Shown here in pieces: positions 23,358 to 34,145 of a stretch of DNA of 64,000 bases. This DNA comes from Malacoraja senta. Its lineage: Eukaryota. How positions within the stretch are numbered: the first letter of the stretch is position 1; each line of letters opens with the position of its first letter. Where the stretch lies: the NCBI GenBank assembly GCA_038087875.1, contig CM075989.1, positions 4,712,001 through 4,776,000 on the forward strand, in the 5' to 3' direction. The translations under genes and the position numbers were made by a program. The notes under the pieces were generated by a model. That model saw only the letters and a list, made by a program, of their open reading frames with translations. It did not search any database and was not told the origin of the DNA.

Positions 23358-24051
23358 AGGCCCTGTCCCACTTACGTGTCCTTGGCACGAAATTACACGA
23401 CCTCGTCGTCGCATTGAGGTGCACGGGCATCGTGTGGCCGCACGGGGCCGGTCCCACTGAGAAGCGCGGAGGGGTATGTAGTTTTGCGTGGTATCGCGCG
23501 GCGCTCCAAAATTTTGTAGCGAACGAAATCTTCGCGCCCCAATGGCCTGTCGCGGAACTGACGGCCAAAGTGGGACAGGCCCAAGACCCTGGCGCGACGC
23601 AACGTCTCACCTCCAACAGCAACAGAAGCAGGCAAACAATCGTCGAACTCAGCCTGGGGCTCATGGCCGTTGCGGTCCGGATCCGCCCCCACTTCTGCTC
23701 CCAGAGCGGGGCCAAGAAAATTGAAGATAGACGCAAAATGCTGGAGTAACTCAGCGGAACCGGCAGCATCTCTGGAGAGAAGCAATGGGTGATGTTTTGG
23801 GTCGAGACCCTTCTTTCAGTCTGAAGAAGGGCCTCGACCCGAAACATCACCCATTGCTTCTCTCCAGAGATGCTGCCGGTCCCGCTGAGTTACTCCAGCA
23901 TTTTGTGTTCATCTTCAAATGACGTCACGTGCTCCAGACGGCTGTGCGGACGCATGAAGTTGCGCGCGACCTTCGCGGGACCGTCGCGCCTCAACGCGAC
24001 CACGAGGTTGAGTAATTAGCGTGCCAAGGACACGTAAGTGGAACAGGGGCT
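23358..24051. mobile_element. PIF/Harbinger MITE with TAA TSD
   Basis: TAA|AGGCCCTGTCCCACTTACGTGTCCTTGGCACG...CGTGCCAAGGACACGTAAGTGGAACAGGGGCT|TAA. Confidence 0.88.
23721..23918. ncRNA. Inverted pair of hammerhead-bearing Penelope terminal repeats (palindrome)
   Basis: About 100-bp arms centred on TCAGTCTGA. Plus arm reads CTGAAGAAGGGCCTCGACCCGAAACATC. Confidence 0.7.
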
Positions 24052-24608
24052 TAAGACTGCTCGGAGAACTTGGAAGGGGGAGAGATGGAGATAGAGGGAA
24101 AGCTAGGGTTATTTGAAGTTAGAGAAGTCAATGTTCATACTCCTGGGGTGTACGCTGTCAAAGCGAAATATGAGTTGCTATGCCCAAGCAAATTGAAAAG
24201 TGCGATGCCCAAACAAAATATGAGGTGCTGTGTCCCTTCTTAGATATTAAAACCACATGTACTACATGGACACAAAAGACCTTTGAAGTGCGACACGGCT
24301 CTTTCAAGAAGAGGTCTGGGCAGCACTTCCCTGAGGATGTTTGTGGTTTGTAGAGGGCCTTGGGGACATGGCTCAGGCAGGATGATCTTGGATGCTTCTT
24401 TATTTCCTCCATTTAGGCTGCAATAGAATCTCCAGCTACACCATGACCACAGAGAGGGTTACAGCAAAACACTAACCAACCCACGCAGCTCATCGTTGGT
24501 TAAAGACCCCAGTGTTACCTACTCAGCATTGGGACATATTGCACCCACACAGCACCCAGTGGCAGGACATGAGTTGATTCAGAAGGATAACCAGGGAGTC
24601 TTTACCAG

Positions 24609-26145
24609 GGGCAGCACGGTGGCACAGCGGTAGAGTTGCTGCCTTACAGCGACAGCGACAGACATCAAAAGATGCGCAGGTTTGTAGGTTAATCAGCTTC
24701 GTTAAAAATTGTAAATTGTTCTTAGTGTGAAGGACAGGGCTAGTGTATGGGATCATTGCTGGTCAGGGCAGACTTAGTGGGCTGAAGGAACTGTATCTGT
24801 TGACTAAACTAAACTAAATCTGACAACATCTCCGATGCCTTGACCAATATCAATTTCCCCAAGCAGATGTGCTGCATCTGTGCATTACAAAGTGCCCAGT
24901 CATCAAAAGTACTTTATTTGTAATTTAGTTTAGTTTAGAGATACAGCACGGAAACAGGCCCTTCGGCCCACCGAGTCCGCACCAACCAGTGATCCCCGCA
25001 CATTAACACTATCCTACACAGACTAGGGACAATTTACACTTATACCACGCCAATTTACCTACAATCCTGTACATCTTTGGAGTGTGGGAGGAAACCGAAG
25101 ATCTCGGAAAAAACCCATGCGGTCACGGGGAGAACGTACAAACTTCATACAGGCAGCACCCTTAGTCAGGATCGAACCCGGGTCTCGGGCGCTGCAAGCG
25201 CTGTAAGGCAGCAACTCTAACGCTGCATCACCGTGGTGCCCGTAATGTTATATAAGGTTCATAAAGCTGTCATATTAAATGCAAGTTGTGCTTTTTGTTC
25301 CACTTTAGTTTTAGTTTTAAAAAACAGTGTGAAAACAGGCCATGGACTACAGCTCTCGCTGGAAGGTAAGACCTCCCTGGTGGAATAAAACTGGGTGAAA
25401 AAAAGGTCTTACCATCCACTACCTGCAACCTCCGGCAACCACCTTCAACTAGCATCGCAACCGGCTTCGACTAAAAAATTACCGATTTTTAAAACGGCAA
25501 CCTATTTTTAGTCGCGGCCGGTTTTGAATTTTTTGAAATAATCGCCGGAACATAGATGAAGCGGAAACCACTTTCGACCATTAGGGAGACTGACAAAAAC
25601 CTCCGGGAACCGTACGGAAACCTTGGGTGGGGCGCAAAGTCTCCAGAGGTCTCCGTTCAGGTTTCCTAAGTGGGACAGGGGCATTACAGCGCTTACAGCA
25701 CCGGAGACCTAGGTTCGATCCCGACTACGGGTTCTGTCTGTACATAGTTTGCACATTCTCCCTGTGACCGCGTGGGTTTTCTCTGAGATCTTTGGTTTTC
25801 TCCCACACTCCAAAGATGTTAAGGTTTGTGGGTTAATTGACGGTATAAATTGTCCTTAGTGTGTGTAGGATAATGTTAATGTGCGGGGATTGCTGGTCGG
25901 TGCGGACCCGTTGGGCCGAAGGGCCTGTTTCCGCGCTGTATCTCTGAACTAAACTAAACTAAATTAACCTATAACACCGCACGATTTTGGTGTTTGGGGG
26001 AAACTGGAGCACCCGGACGAAAACCCACACAGTCGCTGGGAGAACGTGCAAACTCCATACAGACAACTTTACGATGTCAGGATCGAACCTGGGTCTATGA
26101 GGTTGTCAGGCAGCAGCTCTACCAGCTGTGTCATTGTGCTGCCCA
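24609..26145. mobile_element. Cluster of tRNA-derived SINEs (24609-24820 +, 24925-25240 -, 25685-25965 +, 25965-26145 -) and a partial Harbinger MITE (~25400-25682)
   Basis: A/B boxes and (ACTAA)n tails. TIR AAGTGGGACAGGGGC at ~25668-25682. Confidence 0.8.
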
Positions 26146-29100
26146 AAGTGATTGCAAATCGTTCAGAAAAGCAATCCTTTACTCCTGATCAATGATTCGA
26201 TTGCCACATGTAACTGGGTACAGTGAATTTATTTTGTGTACAATTCTGTAAAATCTTACTGTACATAAGCACAGTCGCTCCTAAGTATAAGAGTGTAGGA
26301 ATAGTCGATTACACTGGGGCAATATGCATAGTCCCCACATTTCCAGCACCATTCAGGATGGTGAATCTGTGGAATTCGTTGCCACATTCGGTTGTGGATG
26401 CAAAGTCAATGGGTATTTTTAAGGCGAATGAGAGATTCTTGATTAGTATGGGTGTCAGGGGTTATGGGGAGATGGCAGGAAGATGGGGTTGAGAGGGAAA
26501 GATAGATCAGCCATGTTTGAATGGCGGTGTAGACTTGATGGGCCGTATGTCCAAATTCTGCTCCTTGAACGTATGAACATTCATAGGTATTTATAGGTAA
26601 ACATTTTGTATTCCTTCTAATTTCCAAATTCTATAAAATGTAGTCTTATCCTGGCCTTAAATGCCCGATGTCCTGGGGGCGGCACTAGGCCAGAGATGCA
26701 ACAATCAGCCTGGCCATGCGTTGCAGTTGATGTTCTCCACTGTTCCGTGTTGTTGCTGCAGGCAGCGTCCAATCCGTGCTCTCGTCTGGCCAATGTAGAG
26801 CCTCCAGCGACGTCTGATCCAACCGTTCCCCGACCCCACACGGTCATCGAGACATGCTATAGATTCCAAATGGAAAGTATAGATCCCCCTTGGCCAGGTG
26901 GTCCCTTGTCTCACCTTCCATTACAGATGATCTTTATGCCTGGGCTTGGCCTTGCGATCCATTCAATCGTCAACCTGATAGCTTTGGTGTCGGAAACAAC
27001 TCCAGATGTTGGTTTAAACCGAAGATAGACACAAAATGCTGGAGTCATTCAGCGGGACAGGCAGCATCTCTGAACAGAAGGAATCATAGCTTTGGTTGTC
27101 TGATGTCCCTTTGTTTTTTGTCCCCTCCCTATTGAAGCCCACCAGGTCTCCAACACTGGTGCTGTAAGTAGTATTTAGCTACCTACATGTGAATACTAGG
27201 AATACACCATTATTCACCATGAACATGTAGCATGGTAAAACACAAGTGGAGTTAAAATCAGATCATGAATTTGTCACCATCTTTGTGACCCAGTCCCTCC
27301 TAAGTGATGGCTTTATTCCAACATCCCACAGTATTATCTAACATCAAGTGCTACATGAGATAATAGCATTGAGAGGTAACCACAACATTGGTATTTTATC
27401 AAATGTCATCGCAGGAATGTCAAGTCATTGCATAACACATTTTAATGCACTTCCAATGAACCATGTACCAGACTCTGAGAGGCGTCTTAACCCCGATTAT
27501 CTAATTTTGATATGAAACAAATCTGTTCTCAGTTCAGGCATTCAGCGTTTTTGTGTTGCATTTATAATCAACATGGAAATAGCTGGAAAGGGCGGCAGAG
27601 TGGCCTTACAGCGCCAGAGACCAGGTTTATTCCTGACTATGGGTGCTGTCTATACATGGGGTAACATAGATCTAGTGTGTAGGTGGTCGTGGGTTGACGT
27701 GGACTCAGTGGGTTGAAGATCCTTCTACCACGTTGTATCTCTATCACTAAAATCAGCAGCTTGTCTTTATGCAACAGACTCAGAGCTGGGGTATTGATAA
27801 GGCAGAGTGGCGCAGCTGATAGAGCTGATAGACCTTGGGTGCTGTCCATGTGGACTCTCCATATTCTCCCTGTGAACACATGGATTTCTTCTGGGTGTTC
27901 TGGTTTCGTTCCATGTCCCCAAGATGTGTGGGTTTATAGGTTATTTGGCCTCTGTAAATTGTGGATCCACCTTCAGACCTTTCAGCAACCCAAGCACCTT
28001 CTCCTCAGTAAGTGTCTGCACTCACTTCTGCCCGCTGACTGTTGAATTTCTAGCACATTGCTGGTGTCTTCCACTGTAGATTGATGCCAAACACTTATTT
28101 AGTTCATCCACCATTTCTTTACTTCCCATTACTACTTCTCCAGCATCATTTGACAGTGGTTCAATGTCCACTCTCACCTCTCTTTCACTCTTTATAAATC
28201 TGAAGGTACTTTTGGTCTCCTCTTTTATATTATTAGCTAGCTTACCTTCATATTTTCTACCCTTATTGCTTTTTTAGTTCTGTTGGCTTTTAAAGGTTTC
28301 CCAATGCTCCATCTTCCCACTAATCTTTGCCATGTTAGGGTCTTGACCCGAAATGTCACCCATTCCTTATCTCCAGAGATGCTGCCGGTCCCACATTTTG
28401 TTACTCCAGCATTTAGTGTCTACCTTCGATTTAAACCAGCATCTGCACTTCTTTCCTACACATTTTGTCTGCTCCTTTGCCATGTTATATGCCTTTGCTT
28501 TTGCTTGTATGCTGTCTTTAACGTCCTTTGTCAGTCACGATGACCTCATTCTTCCCGTCGTATATTTCGACCTCTTTGGGTTGAAAAGCTTCCGCATCTT
28601 CTGAATTACTTCCAGAAACTCCTACCATTGCTGCTCCACTGTCATTCCTGCTCGGGTCCCTTTACAATCAACTTTAGCCAGCCCCTCCCTCATGCCCCTG
28701 TAGATGTCTTCATTCAACAGTAACTCTGATGCAAGGTTAATCTTTTTTTTTAAACTGCAAGGTGCTTTAAAATAAATCTTGTCTTTAAAGATGGTGAAAA
28801 TGAAGCAGTTTGAATCAAGCGTTGCAGAAGTCGATGTTGAGTTGACCTCAAGCACTGCAGAAGTGACCGTTGGGGAGCTGATGAAGATGATTTTGAAATG
28901 AGTCCCTCACGCTGACGTCACTGGCAGGTGGTGGATTATTCTGTTTCACTCTACCGTTGGAGGGGAGGGGATCATTGTGACGTCACTAGAAGCTTGTGTT
29001 TTAAAAGGTGGTTTGGGCTTTTTTTGAAACTTTAATCATGAATAACCCGGGGGGAGGGGGGGAAGGGGGAAAAGGTTGTGAATAATCTAGGGGGGAGGAG

Positions 29101-30129
29101 GCAGGGTGTGTGGCACTCGGCAGCTTGAGAGCCCATTGTGATTGATGTACTGTGAGTGGCATTGTGACGTCATCACTGGAAGCTGCTGGAAAAAGGCTCT
29201 CTGTGAGAAGTGTTTTTTGGCTTTTTTTTAAAGCTTTAATCGTGAACAATTTGTGAAATATAGGATGAAATCTTAAGTCAACCTGAGTATGGAGTGGACG
29301 GTGAAAATGTGAGTCAGAATATGTAAATATTTAAGCACTAGCTCCTGGCATTTTGAGGAAGATACAAAACATACATACATACATACATACATACATACAT
29401 ACATACATACATACATACATACATACAAACATACATACATATAGACATACAAGATCAGACTTTTATAGGTATACTAGACCAAATGCAGACCCGTTGGGTC
29501 TGTTCCCGCAACGCGCGGTTGCGAGGGGAAGGGGCGGCCTGAGGCGTCACACACACACAAACCAACCTTGGTGCTTCAGACCCCGAGTACGGGGGTGGGG
29601 GGAGGGTGGATTGGGTGGGTGGGCCTGGTGCCGAGTGACGCTGCGTATGACGTCAAGACTCTGCATATGACGTCAAGATGCTGCGTAAGCCCGTCGAGAC
29701 GCTGCGTACGCTCTCAATGCGTCTCCGGGCCGACAGGCCGTTGACGCGTGGGATTTTCGGACAGTGCAAGCGTGCGGGCCGCCAGCGAGGATGGCGAAAA
29801 GCAGCGGGGGCACAGCTGATCTTTGGCTTCCGCCAGCGTGACAGCGTGCCGGGGGGTGGAAGTGGAGGAGAGCCGGGCGGCAGCAGCCGTTATGGTCGCG
29901 CGGGGCACGCGATGAGAAGGTGGCCAGCGTGAGGCGAAAAAATGAGTGAGTAGGGGGGGGAGGATTTTATGTGTACAGAAAAATGACTAAATTTAATGAG
30001 GAGTGGATGAGCGAATGTAAAAGTGAAATCGCTAGTGAAAGTGCTAGACCAAGTGCAGACCCGTTGGGTCTGTTTCCCCAACGCGCGTTTGCGGGGGGGG
30101 GGTGCTGCAGCGTCACACTAACCACCCCC

Positions 30130-31205
30130 CCGGAGAGAGGGAGATGGAGAGGGGGAGGAGAGAGGGGTGGGAGGGGAGGAGAGAGGGATGGGGGAGGGGG
30201 AGAGAGGTGTGGGGGAGGGGGAGGGATGGGGGAGGGAGGGGAGGAGGGAGATGGGGTAGAGGAGGGAGGGAGAAGAGTGTGGAGGGAGGGGGAGAGGGGT
30301 GGGGGGAGAGAGGGGAAAGAGTGGGGTGGGAGAGTGGTAGGGGGAGGGGGGGAGAGAAGTGGAAGAGTGGGGAGTGAGGGAGGGGGGGTGTAGGGGGAGT
30401 GGTGGAAGAGGGACAGGGGGAGTGGTGGAAGAGGGACAGAGGGGAAGGGGAAGGGATGGGGGAGAGAGGGTGGGAGGGGGAAGGGAGGGGAGAGAGAGGG
30501 GTGGGGTGGGAGAGGGAGAGGGGTGGAGTAAGGGGAGAGAAGTGGAAGAGTGGGGAGGGAGGTGTAGGGGGAGTGGTGGAAGAGGGACAGAGGGGTAGGG
30601 GGAAGGGGGCGGGGGGAGGGAGGGAAGGGGGTGGGGGAGAGAGGGATGGGGGTGGGGAGGAGGAGGGGGAGGAGAGGGAGAGGGGTGAGGAGAGGGAGAT
30701 GGAGAGGGAGATGGAGAGGGGAGGAGAGAGAGGTGGGGGAGGGGAGGAGAGAGGGGAGGGGGAGAGAGGTGTGGGGGAGGGGGAGGGAGGCGAGGAGGGA
30801 GATGGGGTAGGGGATAGAGGGGAAAGAGTGTGGATGGAGGGGGAAGAGTGGGGAGGGGGAAGGGGTTGGGGGGTAGAGGGAAGGGGGTGGGGGAGGGAAG
30901 GGAGTGGGGGGAGGGCGGTGGGGGAGAGAGGGATGGGGGTGGGAGGAGGAGGGGGTGGAGAGGGAGAGGGTGAGGAGCGGGAGATGGAGAGGGGAGGTAA
31001 GAGGGATGGGGAGGGGGAGAGAGGGATGGGGAGGGGGAGAGAGGGATGGGGAGGGGAGAGAGGTGTGGGGGAGGGGGAGGGATGGAGGAGGGGAGGAGGG
31101 AGATGGGGTAGGGGAGGGAGGGGGAAGAGTGTAGAGGGAGGGGGAGAGGGGTGGGTGGAGAGAGGGCAATAGTGGGAAGGGAGAGTGGAAGGGGGAGGGG
31201 TAGGG
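30130..31205 (+). repeat. G/A-rich low-complexity tract with internal tandem repeats (G-quadruplex prone)
   Basis: Almost purely G/A runs over ~1.1 kb. Confidence 0.9.
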
Positions 31206-31640
31206 ACAGTCCATCTGTTCCCCATTCCCTATCACCCCCAATCCTCTTTCTCTATTCCCACACACGTGATGACGCGCTTCGACACAGGCTGCGGGGGTGG
31301 GGGGGAGGGGCTGGGGCTGGGGCTGCTGCAAAGGCATATGTAAATGGATCCATTCCGATTGGACATCTGTGAGCATTGGGCACCGTGACATCACACGATG
31401 GAACGTTCACCAACATTCTATGGGTGAGAGCTGTTTTTTTAAAAACATTTTGAAACTTTGGGGGGGGAAGAAGGATTTTATTTTAAATGTGTACATAAAC
31501 ACGACGAAATTTAATCAGGAGTGGATACTTGGAATGAAAAGTGAAATCTCTACTGAAATGGAAAAAATCTCGGCATTTCTGCGTGTGGTGTTGGCGTAGC
31601 AATGAATCAAAGGCAAGGCTGGCACCCACAAAACAGGCAG

Positions 31641-32036
<396 letters not shown>

Positions 32037-32211
32037 TCGCTACCTCCTAGGGTTTCCTTTACCTTAAACCCCAGAATCAAATCTGGTTCATTGCACAAAT
32101 CTAGAATTGCCTTTTCCCTAGTGGGCTACTCTAAGAAGCCAATTCGTAGGCATTCTATAAATTCCTTCTCTTGGGATCCAGTACCAACCAAATTATCCCA
32201 GTCTACCTGGG

Positions 32212-32510
32212 TGGCCACGGTGGCAGAGCGGTAGACTTGCTTGCACTTGCAGTGCTGGAGACCCCAGTTCGATCCCGACTATGTGTGCTGTCTATATGGA
32301 ATGTGTACGTTCTTCCCATGACCATATGGGTTTTCTCCGAGACCTTCCTCCCATGCTCCAAAGACGTACATGTATGTAGGTTAATTGGCGTGGTGCATGT
32401 GTAAATTGTTCCTCGTGTGTATATGATCGTGTTAATGTGCGGGGGATCGCTGGTCGGCGCAGACTCCGTGGGCCGAAGGACCTGTTTTCACACTGTATCT
32501 CTAAAATTTA
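32212..32510 (+). mobile_element. tRNA-derived SINE (paralogs ~51265-51400 and 61289-61600)
   Basis: CACGGTGGCAGAGCGG A-box and GTTCGATCC B-box. Confidence 0.85.
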
Positions 32511-33193
32511 AAAAACAAAAAACCCTACATATTGAAATCCACCATCACCATGGGACCCTTCTTCGTCATTTACCCTAAGCCTAAAGCATTTAGATTTCAT
32601 GTCTTCAACTATACACCGCATCTCAAACCTATAGTTTCTGAATAAGTCAGCACTATTTATGCTCATCTTATCTTTAAGGAGCTGTTCCATGTAGTTATTT
32701 TAAAGTTCATTGTTTTTTGGGTTATGAGTTTCACTGACAGTGCCAACATTTATTGCTCGTCCTGAGTTGCCTTGACAAGGTGGTGGTGAACCATCTTCTT
32801 GAAGCTCAACAGCTCTCTGAGGCTCCAAGCGGTGAAGATGATGCCTAAAGACAACAACACAAAATGGCGGTGTATGACCAAATCAGGGTTGTTTGTGGCC
32901 TGGAGCTGAATTTGGAAATAATAGGCGAGCTCGTACATCAGTGGTGAGTCTATCGAACAAGTTGGGTGTATGGAAGGCCTTAACTGTATGCAGCAGGAAA
33001 CACTTTGTGTTATCTCAGGCCGTTTAACACAGCGCACTGTTGGGACCTTCAATAAACCAATTTGTTCAATAGACTCACCACTGGTCTATGAGCCGTTTAA
33101 TTTTGTGTCTGTGCCTATCTGAGTTAAGCCAGATACAGGGTAGGGTGTAGCACAACATTCCCTCTTACAATTCCTGTCTTCATATTGAGATTA

Positions 33194-34145
33194 TCTATAC
33201 ATAACTAAAGCTCTGATCTTGTTTGCGCTGTTTTTCTATTTGCGCAAAAACAGTACGCAATAGCGCTACGATTTTTTGCCAGCTCACTCACCATCCTTCT
33301 GTGCTGCGAGTGCATCAAGGTTTGTTCTGATCGGTGGTATAATGTAAATGTTAGCGCAGTTTAAATATCGTAAAAACCGTGCGTGTGCAGATCAATCTCC
33401 TCACCTGCCAGTCAGCGCCGCGCAGATTAGTCTCTTCTCCTGCCACTCCGCGGGACGGTCCGCCCCTTCCTGCGCCATCGCATCTTTACTGGAGCTGAGG
33501 GAGGCCTGCCGATGTCTCCTTCCGCACGGCGATGTCGCCAAACGGAAAGTGGTGAATCTGATCCTGGGAGGAGAGTGTCCAGCGCCCGCTGTGAGTCACA
33601 AACGCACCACCATCGCAATGCCCCACAGCTCCAGCTCCTTCCCCTCTGGTCCCCCTCTCTGGTCCCTGCCCCCTCCCCCATGATACCCCCCTCTCCCCCA
33701 TGGCTCTTCCCCAGTCCTTTCTCCGAGCTCTCCCCACACCCTCCCCCCCCCCTCCCCCCCTCCCCCGCCCATACGCCGACTCGGCCGTAGCTACTGTTGC
33801 TATCAGAGCCGATCCAAGGCCTGGGTCTGAGGGCGCTGACCGTTGATGCTCCTCCGGGGCACGCAAGAAGGGACAGGAGCGGCAACCTCGAGATTCTGGG
33901 GAGGGAGAGTGGGGGACGAGAGGAGAGTAGGGAGGGGAGTACGGAGGGGAGAGGAGTTATGGAGGGAGGGAGGGAGTGACTGAGGGTAGGGGAAAGGAGA
34001 GGGAGAGAGAGGTGAGGGATTGGGGAGGGGAGGAGGAGAGGAGGAGAGGGGAAATAAGAGGGAGGGTGAAGAGGTGGGGGAGAGTGCTGGGGATGAAGGG
34101 AAATGAGCTGTGCCTGCGCAGTTGAGGGCTATGGGTGAGTGGTGG
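33194..34145 (+). mobile_element. Non-autonomous Helitron, 5' portion (interrupted by the BEL element)
   Basis: A|TCTATACATAACTAAAGCTCTGATCTTG start. The complete paralog is 52079-53582. Confidence 0.75.

Larger units (their letters stand above)
23270..24175 (-). mobile_element. Penelope-like 3' fragment interrupted by a MITE
   Basis: Minus strand LIFR...PRSMNIDFSNFK* near 24110-24175. Confidence 0.7.

Noticed and set aside
24609..24660. tRNA genes at SINE heads
   Set aside because: A/B boxes continue into SINE bodies and no complete cloverleaf is present.
26620..27000. CpG-containing segment with overlapping ORFs in three copies
   Set aside because: No protein motif recognised. Could be an unclassified repeat or promoter fragment but cannot be supported from the sequence alone.
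29967..31394. 475-aa Pro-rich and Gly/Glu-rich ORFs
   Set aside because: Artefacts of a G/A low-complexity tract that is open in several frames.
32508..33052. ORFs MEQLLKDK… and MKVPTVR… open in all three paralogs
   Set aside because: Retention is explained by recent duplication. No recognisable domain or splice acceptor, many substitutions are amino-acid changing, and the second ORF overlaps an old repeat and the hairpin.
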